From Planctomycetota bacterium (GTDB taxonomy: Bacteria; Planctomycetota; UBA1135; UBA2386), in contig OZ245006.1 of assembly GCA_965223545.1 (NCBI GenBank), positions 736,001 to 800,000 of the forward strand: DNA of 64,000 nucleotides, read 5' to 3'. A model generated the notes under the pieces. The model made no database searches, was not told where the DNA came from, and saw only the letters and a list, made by a program, of their open reading frames with translations. This document shows, in pieces, positions 28,105 to 39,623 of the stretch. The number at the start of each line of letters is the position of its first letter. The first letter of the stretch is position 1. A program made the translations under genes and the position numbers.

Positions 28105-31100
28105 TGGCGCCAGTAGGTGCCCAGCACGTTGACGCCAGGCGCGTCGATCGTGGCGAGTCTGCGGCCGCTCGACAGCTCGAACACGTCGACCTTGCCGACA
28201 TCGCCGAGCGCGACGAACAGGAAGTTAGGCACCGAGGGAGGGGCAACGAAGCCCAAGATAGTCTTCACCGCCCCCTTGCCCGAGTGTCCCGTGGGCGGCA
28301 ACGGAATGTTCGGCGCGAGCTGATCCGCCGCCGCACCGTTGTTGACGATCTCGTCGACCGTCATGTCGACCGGCGAATTCCCGGAGAACAGATCCTTGAC
28401 CGGCGTCGTCGCGCCCACGCCACCGAACCGCTGGGTCACCGTCCACTCCTTCTGGCGGAAGGTCGGCGGGACGATGAACCCGCCCTGGTTCTGGTTGGTG
28501 GACAGCGCGCCGACCGGCGACGACGTCAGCGTCAATCGCGAAACCTGGCCGAGACCACCGTCGTCGACGTGGGCGACGAAGACCGCGCCGAAGTTGGTGA
28601 TCGCCGGGGCACCGCCCGACGAGTTGTAGTCGATCCTCAGCTTGCGGGCACGCTTGAACGAGACGTTCGGCACGCTGCCGATGATGTCGTCGAAGCCGAA
28701 GCCGTTGACGCCCGTCGGCCCCGACTCATAGATCGCGATCGTGCCATCGGCGTTCAAGATGTAGGCGTAGTAGATCGTGCTCAGGTTGCCGGTACCGTTG
28801 TAGCGCTCGGTCACGGCGACATCGACCGGCTGGTTGAGGAAGCCGGACACCACCTTGCGCACCGAGAAGTCGGTCGCACTGATGATGCTCGCCGTGTTCG
28901 ACGGCGTGCTCAGCACGATCACATCCTCGTTGTCAGGCTGGTAAACGACCGCGGTCGGACCCGGGTCGACCCGCGACTCGCCAATGATCGTATGGAAGGT
29001 CGGACTCAGCGGGTTGATATCGATGAAGGTCACCGAACCCGAGGAGAAGTTCGACACCGCCAGGTGCATCAGGTTGGGCGAAACCGCCATATCGATCGGG
29101 TCGGTCAGGCGAATCGTGTCCAGCACGGTCATCCGGTTGCTGTTGACGACCAACACCTGCCGGTTGTCCCTGTCGAGCACGTAGAGGAAATGACCGATCT
29201 GCTGCCGCGACGTGAAGGGGCAGAACGGCGTCGGCGGCGGCGGCGAGCCCGGCGGGGGCTGCGGCCCGTAGAACACGCCAGGCATCACTGCGCCGAACAC
29301 GCCGATCTCGCCCGGCTGCGACGAAAACGGGTTGCCGACGTTCAGCAGGTTGACCGGCGACGGGCTGCAGGGCGGCACGCTGACGAACACGGCCCCCGGC
29401 GGACCGGCCGACGAGGTCTGCGTCGGCTCCTGGCCGAAGATCGCGCGCGCCGGGTTGGGCGGCGGGAAGATCAGCGGCGGCGGGTTCGGGTGCGGCGCGA
29501 TGGCGATCGAGTTGCCCGGCTGGTTCAGGAACAGCAGCGGGTTGATCTGGTTGGACGCGTTCGAGTTGCGGTTGATGTTCTGGTTGTTGAACACCAGGTC
29601 CAGCGGGTTGCCCACCTGGATGTCGCCGATCTGGCCGATCAGCGGCTCGCGCAGCAAGCGCGTCTCGCCATTGGTGTCCTGCGTCATCGTGAACACACCG
29701 GCGCTGCCCGCGTTCAGGTTGGAGTCACCCGGCGACAGCGGCGGCACCACGCCCGGCGCGCCGACGTTGGGGTTGTTCGGGAATCGGGTGTTGTTGATGT
29801 CACCGGTGCCTTGCCCGAAACCGTTGAGGTCGATGACACCGAGCCCGGGCTCGGAGCCGCCCATGCCGACGTAGACGACCTCCGGACAGACCGGAGCATT
29901 GACCAAGCCCGGCCCGTCGCCGGTGGTGTAGTCGGTCGTCGCCGTGTTGCCCAGGTTGTTGATCGTCAGTCCACCGACGGTCGGCCCGTTCACGGTGACG
30001 TCGACCTGCGCCTGGCCGGGAATCGGGTAGGCCGGCTGCAACCGGTAGTTGCAGAAGTCGCCGAAGCCGACCGGGTCGGCGTAGTAGATCATCGGGAACG
30101 ACGAAGAGCCGCTCTGCACCTGAATGGTGACGCCGCCCGAATCCGGAATCAGGTTTTCGGGATCGAAGAAGGTGCCGACGTCGGCCGGCTGCACCGGCTT
30201 GTTGAAGCGGACCAAGATCGAGGTCGTGGGATCGACGTTGGTCTCGCCGTTGCCGGGGTTGATCTCCAGGCGGCTGCCCGAGATCACACCGAGCACGTCC
30301 GGAGGATTGGGATCGGCACCGACCGTGGTCGCAGTGCAGACCTCGTGCTCCAGCACCTTGTTCTCCGAGTTCCGCACCGCGTTGGTGACGATCACCCGCA
30401 ACAGGGTGTTGCTGGGGAAGGTCTCGACCGTCGACAGATCGCCATCGGCGTCCGGGACGAAGACGAACGACTGCGGCGCCACCAGATCGGTATCGCCGGT
30501 GAAGCCGGTCGGAAACCCTGCCGCCTCACCGTCCAGCACGACCACCGAGCCGCTCTGGTTTTCGACCGCCTGCACCAGCTCGAGCTGGCCGCCGCGGTTG
30601 AAGTAGGTGTAGCCACCGACGAAGCCACGGCCGTCGATGACCGTGGTCGCCTCCGTGGTCGGGTTGTAGGCCAGCAGGCTGACCGCCGTCGTCAAACCCG
30701 AGTTGGTCTGGTTGGCCAGCTGGTCGCTCAAGATGCTGTTGATGTCCAGCTTGTGGCTGAACCGCATCAGCAGGAACTGGTTGCCCGCCGCGCCGTTCGG
30801 CAGCGTCGCCGTCGTCGAGAACGTGGCCACCGGCAACACCTTGTTGGTGCCGCTGACGTTGTTCTTCAGCGTGTCCAAGTCCTCGATGTTGAGGACGGTC
30901 GTCGTCGGGTTGCCCTGTGCGTCCGCGGCGCGGATCCGATACGGGAAAACCTGACCAAGACCCGTCGAGATCAGCGAAACGCGAAACGCCCCGCGGTTGT
31001 CCGGGTCTCCAGAGCTGCCGCCGTCGCACGCCGGAAGCGCGCACAGGGCAGCAGCCATGAGTCCCAGACCAACCCGATGGGTGATCACGCCGAAGGAGGA

Positions 31101-31112
31101 GGTTCTGTTCAT
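28101..31112 (-). CDS. Large surface lipoprotein (1003 aa) with Ig-like (SbsA-type) domains, a Pro-rich linker and a C-terminal beta-propeller
   Basis: Lipobox ALPAC; INPGNGETNVDPTTSILVRFNKPV; PIDMAVSPN...VSN, PTAVVYQPD repeats; rich in Asn/Thr/Gly/Pro. Confidence 0.7.
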   Translation of the reverse strand: MNRTSSFGVITHRVGLGLMAAALCALPACDGGSSGDPDNRGAFRVSLISTGLGQVFPYRIRAADAQGNPTTTVLNIEDLDTLKNNVSGTNKVLPVATFSTTATLPNGAAGNQFLLMRFSHKLDINSILSDQLANQTNSGLTTAVSLLAYNPTTEATTVIDGRGFVGGYTYFNRGGQLELVQAVENQSGSVVVLDGEAAGFPTGFTGDTDLVAPQSFVFVPDADGDLSTVETFPSNTLLRVIVTNAVRNSENKVLEHEVCTATTVGADPNPPDVLGVISGSRLEINPGNGETNVDPTTSILVRFNKPVQPADVGTFFDPENLIPDSGGVTIQVQSGSSSFPMIYYADPVGFGDFCNYRLQPAYPIPGQAQVDVTVNGPTVGGLTINNLGNTATTDYTTGDGPGLVNAPVCPEVVYVGMGGSEPGLGVIDLNGFGQGTGDINNTRFPNNPNVGAPGVVPPLSPGDSNLNAGSAGVFTMTQDTNGETRLLREPLIGQIGDIQVGNPLDLVFNNQNINRNSNASNQINPLLFLNQPGNSIAIAPHPNPPPLIFPPPNPARAIFGQEPTQTSSAGPPGAVFVSVPPCSPSPVNLLNVGNPFSSQPGEIGVFGAVMPGVFYGPQPPPGSPPPPTPFCPFTSRQQIGHFLYVLDRDNRQVLVVNSNRMTVLDTIRLTDPIDMAVSPNLMHLAVSNFSSGSVTFIDINPLSPTFHTIIGESRVDPGPTAVVYQPDNEDVIVLSTPSNTASIISATDFSVRKVVSGFLNQPVDVAVTERYNGTGNLSTIYYAYILNADGTIAIYESGPTGVNGFGFDDIIGSVPNVSFKRARKLRIDYNSSGGAPAITNFGAVFVAHVDDGGLGQVSRLTLTSSPVGALSTNQNQGGFIVPPTFRQKEWTVTQRFGGVGATTPVKDLFSGNSPVDMTVDEIVNNGAAADQLAPNIPLPPTGHSGKGAVKTILGFVAPPSVPNFLFVALGDVGKVDVFELSSGRRLATIDAPGVNVLGTYWRQ

Positions 31113-31566
31113 CGCAGAGATTGCCGACCGCTGCCGGGTCGCGAGAGGGGTCGAAAAGGGCTTGGACAGTGAAACTTACCCGCTGGCCCCCACCAAACAA
31201 GCCACCGCAAGGGGTCCACCGGAGCTGTCCGACAGCCCATCCCGACACGAGTACGCGCCGGGCGGACCGCCGGAGAGCGTGGTCGTCGCCACGCCATGGC
31301 GGGATCCCCTCACGTGCGCGGTGGCGGCGGGCCCAGGTCGCTCACACGGAGGTTCCGATACCAACTGACTCGCCCGAACGCCGCCACCGGGTGCGGCAAA
31401 CCGCGAATTCTGCCGCTGCCGTCGAAGCCTGGCCCGGAGGCGGGGTCGCGCAGCGCATCGATCGGTGTTGGACATCTCGTCAGCCAGGGTCGGAAACCCA
31501 GCTCTCTTCAAGGGGCGTGCCGCCACCCAAAGCTCGGCAAAGTCGCCCGTTTTGACGGACCGCTGA

Positions 31567-33795
<2,229 letters not shown>

Positions 33796-33805
33796 GACCC
33801 CGCGG

Positions 33806-33936
33806 GACGTACGGAGTCCGGCTCGATTTTCTCGCACGTACGGAGCCAGGCTCCGATTCATCACCCGGCGGCGCCGGGTGATGAATCGGAGCCTGGCTCC
33901 GTACGTGCGAGAAAATCGAGCCGGACTCCGTACGTC
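33806..33936. repeat. Perfect 131-bp palindrome (65-bp arms, 1-nt centre) built from REP-like units
   Basis: 33806-33870 is the exact reverse complement of 33872-33936, checked base by base. It lies between the convergent tgt and GT-C genes. Confidence 0.95.
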
Positions 33937-35503
33937 AGCGCGGTAGGCGATAGACCAGGATCGTCATGTCCTTGGGCCCGGTGGAGACCGGCAGGCGGAG
34001 GACCTGGAGGAAGTGATCGCGGAGCATGCGGTCGGCCTCGCCGGTGCGGTCCATCTCGTCGAGCTCGGGCTCGGTGACGACGGCGAACAGCGCGTAGCCC
34101 TCCTCGCGCGCCCGCTCGATCTGGCGGCCGATGAAGCCGCCCTCGTAGACGCGGCCGTTGTCGAACTTGAAGTCGGCCAGCCCGACGACGTCGACCGGCA
34201 CCCCGACGCGCTCGTCGGAGAACTCGCGCGGATCCAGGTAGTAGCTCAGGCTGGGGTGGTTCGTGGTCAGCACGCGCTTGCGCTGCGCGGGCTCGGCCGC
34301 GACGTACCGGCTCGCCTCGCGCCAGTGCGGCCGGTCCCCCCCGTTGCGGTAGTAGAGGAAGGCCTGGCCCGCGAAGTGCAGCGCCAACACCGCGACCGGC
34401 GTCCAGCGCACGACCGCGCGCGGCCAACCCTGCCGCACGACCGCGCCGAGCTCGGCGCCAGCGCGGTCCATCAACACCGCCGCCAGCAGGCACAACGCCG
34501 GCAGGCAGTAGAACGCGTACTGCGCGGTGACCGTGATCACCCCCAGCGACAGGGCGACCAGCGTGGCCACCGGCACGACGGCCCAGCTGAACAGCAACAG
34601 CGGCCCGTCACCGCGGGGGCGACTCCACAACAACGCCAGCCCGCCTCCGGCCGCCGCCAGCAGCGGCAGGCTGGCGAAGTAGGCCAGCGTCTGCGCCAGG
34701 TGCATCAGCGAGAACCGCGACTTCGAGACCCGGAAGTGCAGCAACAACGGCAGCAGCACGGCGACCGCCAACACCACTGCGCCGAGGACCGCCGTCCACA
34801 GAATCCAGCGGCCGCGCGCCGATCCCGACGCGCGCACGTGCCGCACCCACCACGGCACCGCCAGCGCGGCGAGCATGAAGTAACCGGACGGGTGACTGAG
34901 GCCGGCCAGCAGCGCCACGCCGAAGCCGGTGCTCACCAGCGCGGCCGAGCGCTGGCGCATGCCACGGTGCGCGATGCCGACCGCCAGCAGGACCAGGCAG
35001 CTCGTCAGCGCATAGCTGCGCGCGCACTGGCTCCAGTACAGATGCCACGGCGACAGCGCCAGGAGCCCCGCCGCCAACACCGCCGCGCGCCGCCCCACCA
35101 GGCTGCGACCGACCAGCGCCGTCAGCGGCACGCTCAAGATGCCGAAGAACGCGAACGGCAGCCGCATCCAGCCCTCGCTGCTCGGCATACCCATCGCGTG
35201 CAGCAGCTTCAACAAGCCGTAGGACAGCGGGTAGATCGAGACGCGCGATTCCCAGAAGCGATCGCCCAGCCAAACCGCGTCGCGGTAGGTGTGCGCCTCG
35301 TCGACCCAGAACGACCACTCCCCCAGCCGCAGCAGCCGCAGCGCCGCGGCCAGCGCCGTGACCCCGAACAGAAGCCACAGCTGCCGGCTCGAGAAGGCGG
35401 GATCGGCCGCCGCGCCGCCGGCCGCGGGCGCGGCGTCCGCGGGCGCCGGTCGACCGTCTCCCACTGCTGCGCCGCGCTCCACCACCGCCTCGGTTCCGGT
35501 CAA
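33935..35503 (-). CDS. GT-C fold membrane glycosyltransferase (PMT/ArnT, GT39/GT83-like)
   Basis: WSFWVDEAHT, RLPFAFFG, LSPWHLYWSQCARSYAL; more than 10 TM segments; TTG start. Confidence 0.8.
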   Translation of the reverse strand: MTGTEAVVERGAAVGDGRPAPADAAPAAGGAAADPAFSSRQLWLLFGVTALAAALRLLRLGEWSFWVDEAHTYRDAVWLGDRFWESRVSIYPLSYGLLKLLHAMGMPSSEGWMRLPFAFFGILSVPLTALVGRSLVGRRAAVLAAGLLALSPWHLYWSQCARSYALTSCLVLLAVGIAHRGMRQRSAALVSTGFGVALLAGLSHPSGYFMLAALAVPWWVRHVRASGSARGRWILWTAVLGAVVLAVAVLLPLLLHFRVSKSRFSLMHLAQTLAYFASLPLLAAAGGGLALLWSRPRGDGPLLLFSWAVVPVATLVALSLGVITVTAQYAFYCLPALCLLAAVLMDRAGAELGAVVRQGWPRAVVRWTPVAVLALHFAGQAFLYYRNGGDRPHWREASRYVAAEPAQRKRVLTTNHPSLSYYLDPREFSDERVGVPVDVVGLADFKFDNGRVYEGGFIGRQIERAREEGYALFAVVTEPELDEMDRTGEADRMLRDHFLQVLRLPVSTGPKDMTILVYRLPR

Positions 35504-35613
35504 CGCCTAAATCCCTGCCTCGCGACCACAGCGCGCCAACCGACACCGCCAAACCATGCTCTGACCAAGGATACCGCAGCGCGTCGTGAAAGCGCGCCCG
35601 TTGCCAAGGCCGC

Positions 35614-36756
35614 TTACGGCGCCGGTTCGGGAGGCCAGCGCAGCCACTCGCTCGCCCGGCCGGCATCGAGATCGCGCAGCTGCAGCCAGACCGGAATCGA
35701 CGCCGGCAAGCCGTCGACCAGCGCGTCGAAGCGCGACCGCGCCGCCCCGATCAGGCCGACGCCGTGCGTCGGCGAGGACACCCGCTGCCGCACCGGTCCC
35801 GCCGGAGTCACGACGACCAGCTCGAAGACGCCCTCCGATGGTGTCACCACGACCTCCGGGCCGCGCCCGCGCGGCACCGCGACGCGCAGCTCGCGACCGA
35901 CCAAACCGAGCGCGTCACCCGCGCCGCGGCCCGCCGATTCCGCCCCATCCCCCGCCCCGGCCAGCGGCGCCGGCGCCTCGATGCGCACCTCGGCCCAATC
36001 GGCGGCCCGCAGCGCCGCCGCCTCGTCGGTGCCGGACTCGACACACAGCACCTGCAGCGCGAACGCGTTCCGCGGCGGCCAGAGACTCAGCGCCAGGCCG
36101 CGCCGCAGCTCCTCGTCGAAGTCCGCGGGCACCAGCGCGACGAGGCGCTCGACCCCGCGCGCCAACACCTGCTCGCGGGCCTGCGCCAGGCGCTGCGCGC
36201 GCAACCCCTCGTCCAGCGCCTGGCGGCGCGCCGCGGCAACCGCCAACGCGAGCAAGACCGAGATGCCGAGCAGCCAGATCAGGTTGCGGTCGCGCAAGCA
36301 CGGCGCGGCGCCGGCTGCCAGCGCGGCCACCGGCAGCGGCAGCGCCAACGCCCACCACTGTCCCCACGCAAAGTGCAGGGCCGCCTCGCAACCGAGCGCA
36401 CCGGCCGCACCCGCCGCCAACACGCCGAAGCCGCCGGCGCGGCTGCGCAACCCGGCCGCGAAAGCGAGCAGCAGCGCGACCAGCAGCGTGGTGGCCAGCA
36501 CCAGCGCAGCGCGCGCGGTCGGGGTCCACGCCACTACCCAGCGCGCCGGCCCGTCGGCGTAGGCGCCGGGCACGACTCCGGCTGCGACGAGCTCCAACGG
36601 CAACGGCGGTCGCGTCCACCGCGGCAGCTCGACCAATGCCAGCACCAGCATCCCGCCCAAGAGCGCCAGCCCGAAGCTCCGCCAAGACGACGGCGATGCG
36701 ACGTCGGACACGGGCTGGCCAGCGGGATCCGAGGGAGGCGACAAGGCGGACGGCAT
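35614..36756 (-). CDS. Hypothetical membrane protein
   Basis: Several TM helices followed by a soluble C-terminal domain. Start uncertain (36756 or 36711). Confidence 0.55.
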   Translation of the reverse strand: MPSALSPPSDPAGQPVSDVASPSSWRSFGLALLGGMLVLALVELPRWTRPPLPLELVAAGVVPGAYADGPARWVVAWTPTARAALVLATTLLVALLLAFAAGLRSRAGGFGVLAAGAAGALGCEAALHFAWGQWWALALPLPVAALAAGAAPCLRDRNLIWLLGISVLLALAVAAARRQALDEGLRAQRLAQAREQVLARGVERLVALVPADFDEELRRGLALSLWPPRNAFALQVLCVESGTDEAAALRAADWAEVRIEAPAPLAGAGDGAESAGRGAGDALGLVGRELRVAVPRGRGPEVVVTPSEGVFELVVVTPAGPVRQRVSSPTHGVGLIGAARSRFDALVDGLPASIPVWLQLRDLDAGRASEWLRWPPEPAP

Positions 36757-36826
36757 TGAAACGTCCGGCGACGGTTCGGTCGACGGCTGCTTGGCGCGAG
36801 CGCGCGCTCTGTGTTCTGATGTACCG

Positions 36827-39535
36827 ATGTCGGAAGCCGAGGCGCGGCGCGCGCCAGCGCCCGAGGGCAGCCCGCGGCGGCGCGCGCTGGCGATCGCCAT
36901 CGTGCTGTGCACGCCGCTGCTCTGGCTCGGCCCGTGCCTGCTCGGACCGCGCACCTTCGTGCCGTTCAGCCTGGCGCAGTTCCCACCGGTGGCCGCCACG
37001 CTGACCGCCGACCAGCTGGAAGCCGTCCGGCGCGATCAGAACACCGACGTCTCCGAGATCCAGTTCACCTTCTTGCCCGAGCTCCGCTTCACCAAGCAGG
37101 AGCTTGCGGCGGGCCGCCTGCCGGAGTGGAACCCCTACATCCGCGGCGGCGCGCCCCTGTTGGCGACCTCGGTGGTCGGCTTGCTGTATCCGCCCAACTG
37201 GGTGCTGCTGGCGTTCGAGAATCCCGCCGACGGGCTCGCGCTGCAGTGCTATCTCAGCCTGGCGATCGCCGGCCTGCTGATGCTGGGCCTGTGCCGGGCG
37301 CTCGGCCTGGGCTGGTCGGCGGCGGTGTTCGGCGCGCTGGCGTTCTCGCTGTCGGGGACGTTCAGCGCGAACGCCCACTTCTACCAGCGCCTGGCCGCTC
37401 TCGTGTGGTTGCCCGGCCTGCTGTGGGCGGCACACGCGGTGGCTGCCCGCCGCGGCGGGGCCGCGACCGCGCCAGCGCTCGGGCTGGCGGCCTGCGTGGC
37501 GATGACGTGGCTCGCGGGCTTCCCCAGCTTTGCCGCCGGCGTCTGCCTCGTCTTCGCCCTCTACGCCGCCGACCGCTGCCTGCGGCGATGGCGCCGCGAC
37601 GGCCCCGGCGCCGCGATCCGCCTGGGCGGGATCTACGGCGGTGCACTCGGGCTGGGCTTCGCGCTGGCAGCGGTGCAGCTGCTGCCGATGTTCGCGTTCT
37701 TCCCCGAGTCGAACCGCACGCCCAACCCCACCCTGGCGCAGATCGAGACCCAGACCTACGACCCAGCGGCGCTGCTCGGCTACCTGATGCCGGCCGCCTT
37801 CGGACACCCATCGTCGACGGCGGAGCTGGACTACGACCGCTCGCCCCTCGTGCTGTGGACCTTCGACCGCGCCGATTGGCAGACCAACACGCCGCGGCTG
37901 CCGACGTTCAACTACACCGAGCACACCGTGTTCGCCGGCAGCTTGGTGCTCTGTCTGGCCCTCGTCGGACTCGGCGCGGCCGGCCATCGCGTGCGCTGGG
38001 TCGCGCTGGGCGGTTGGCTGCTGCTCACCGCGCTCGCCGCGGGCAGCGCGGCGTACGCGGCGGTGTATCTGCTGCCCGGTCTGCGCAGTGTTCCACCGCT
38101 GCGGCTGATGGGTCCGGTGAGCGGGCTCGTCGCCCTGCTCGCCGCGCTGGGCTTCGACGCGGTGCGGCGCGGCGCCGGCCGGCGCTGGTCGGACCTCTGC
38201 GCGCTCTTGGCGGCGGCGGTGGCGGCCGGCGCCGCGCTGCTGTGGTGGTGGCTCTCGCGGCACACACCGGCGGAAGCCTTCGACCGCATCGTTCCCGACC
38301 TGCTCGACCACTACCAGCGGATGAATGCGGCGATCGACCGCGCCGGGATCGACGCCTACGTCAGCAGCAGCCGGCCGGACCAGCTGCCGCGAGTACTGGC
38401 CGCCGCCCACGACCGGCTGTCGACCAACGCCATGCATGCCGCGCTCGCCTTCGCGGGCGCCGCCGCCTGGCTGCTCGCCGCGCCGCGGGCCAGTTCGCCC
38501 TGGCGCCGCCCCGTGCTCGCCGCGGGCCTGCTCGCCACCGTCGCCGAGCTGGTGGTGATCGCCACCGGCGTCGCCGGCGGTCGGGTGCTGCGCCACGACA
38601 TCGACGGCCCGGTGCACGCGTTCCTGCGCGAGGCCCGCGACGCGAGCCGCGACGCGGGGGGCTTCACCGTCGCCCGCGCGACGGCGGGAGCCAACGCCGA
38701 GCTCGCCGTGCCACTGCCGCCGTGCACGCTGGTGCCGGAACGCATCCGCGATCTCAACATCTACACCTTCATCGACGGCCGCTCGCACCTGCCGATCCGC
38801 GCCCTCTGGGGGAACGCGCAGTTGCTGCGCGACTTCTGGGTGCACGCGCTGCCCGACGGCGGTCCGCGCGGGCCCCTGCTGCAGCACCCCTACCTCGATC
38901 TGCTCGGCGTGCGCTACGTGTTGGCGACGGCACCCCTGCAGCACGCGGGCCGGCGCGTCGGACCGACCTTGCGCGGGCCGGGCGGGGAGTTCTTCGTCTA
39001 CGAACGCCCGACGCCACTGCCGCGCGCCTTCGTCGTACCCGAGCTGGTCGCCGCCGCCGACGAGGAGGCCGCCGTCGCGTGGCTGACGCGCGACGAGTTG
39101 GCGCCGCGGGCCAGCGCGGTGTTCGCCGGCGACGCGCCGCCGCCGCTGCCGGCGAGCAGCGACCACGCCGACCGGGCCCCGGCCGGCGAACGCACCGTCG
39201 CCTTCGTGCGCGACACCCCCACCGAGATCGAGCTCGAGGTGACCGACGGCGCCGCCGGCTGGTTGGTGCTGGCCGACAGCCACATGTCGGGCTGGACCGC
39301 CACCGTGGAGGGCACTCCCGCTCCGATCCACCGCGTCAATCTGTTCATGCGCGGCGTCGCCCTGCCAGCCGGTGCCGTCCGCGTCGTGTTCCGCTACGAG
39401 ACGCCGCAACTCCGCGCCGGCTTCGCGCTCACCGCAGCGGCGTCGGTGGTCATGATCGTGCTCGCGCTGTGGGCGCGCCGCCGCCGCACCGCCGGCGGGC
39501 CGGCGCCGCACTCTCCCGGCCCCGATCTCAGCTGA
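36827..39535 (+). CDS. YfhO-family polytopic membrane protein (GT-C-like)
   Basis: LPEWNPYIRGGAPLLA, LYPPN, LAAVQLLP, LLGVRYV, PRAF, GWTATV.G, FRYETP plus terminal TM. Confidence 0.82.
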   Translation: MSEAEARRAPAPEGSPRRRALAIAIVLCTPLLWLGPCLLGPRTFVPFSLAQFPPVAATLTADQLEAVRRDQNTDVSEIQFTFLPELRFTKQELAAGRLPEWNPYIRGGAPLLATSVVGLLYPPNWVLLAFENPADGLALQCYLSLAIAGLLMLGLCRALGLGWSAAVFGALAFSLSGTFSANAHFYQRLAALVWLPGLLWAAHAVAARRGGAATAPALGLAACVAMTWLAGFPSFAAGVCLVFALYAADRCLRRWRRDGPGAAIRLGGIYGGALGLGFALAAVQLLPMFAFFPESNRTPNPTLAQIETQTYDPAALLGYLMPAAFGHPSSTAELDYDRSPLVLWTFDRADWQTNTPRLPTFNYTEHTVFAGSLVLCLALVGLGAAGHRVRWVALGGWLLLTALAAGSAAYAAVYLLPGLRSVPPLRLMGPVSGLVALLAALGFDAVRRGAGRRWSDLCALLAAAVAAGAALLWWWLSRHTPAEAFDRIVPDLLDHYQRMNAAIDRAGIDAYVSSSRPDQLPRVLAAAHDRLSTNAMHAALAFAGAAAWLLAAPRASSPWRRPVLAAGLLATVAELVVIATGVAGGRVLRHDIDGPVHAFLREARDASRDAGGFTVARATAGANAELAVPLPPCTLVPERIRDLNIYTFIDGRSHLPIRALWGNAQLLRDFWVHALPDGGPRGPLLQHPYLDLLGVRYVLATAPLQHAGRRVGPTLRGPGGEFFVYERPTPLPRAFVVPELVAAADEEAAVAWLTRDELAPRASAVFAGDAPPPLPASSDHADRAPAGERTVAFVRDTPTEIELEVTDGAAGWLVLADSHMSGWTATVEGTPAPIHRVNLFMRGVALPAGAVRVVFRYETPQLRAGFALTAAASVVMIVLALWARRRRTAGGPAPHSPGPDLS

Positions 39536-39623
39536 TCGCGGCCGGCGCCGGCGGCGACAGCCGATGTTGGCGCGGTCCCGGCGCGCTGGGTAAGGTCCAC
39601 CGCGTTCTACCCGCCGACCCGCC

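Noticed and set aside
31390..31445. GGCAAACC...GAAGCC segment reminiscent of a c-di-GMP-I riboswitch
   Set aside because: It lacks the GAAA tetraloop stem and the GACGCAAAGC core; the similarity is too short to support.
33806..33936. Palindrome considered as a CRISPR array or intrinsic terminator
   Set aside because: There are no unique spacers between direct repeats, no cas genes, and no U-tract after the stem.
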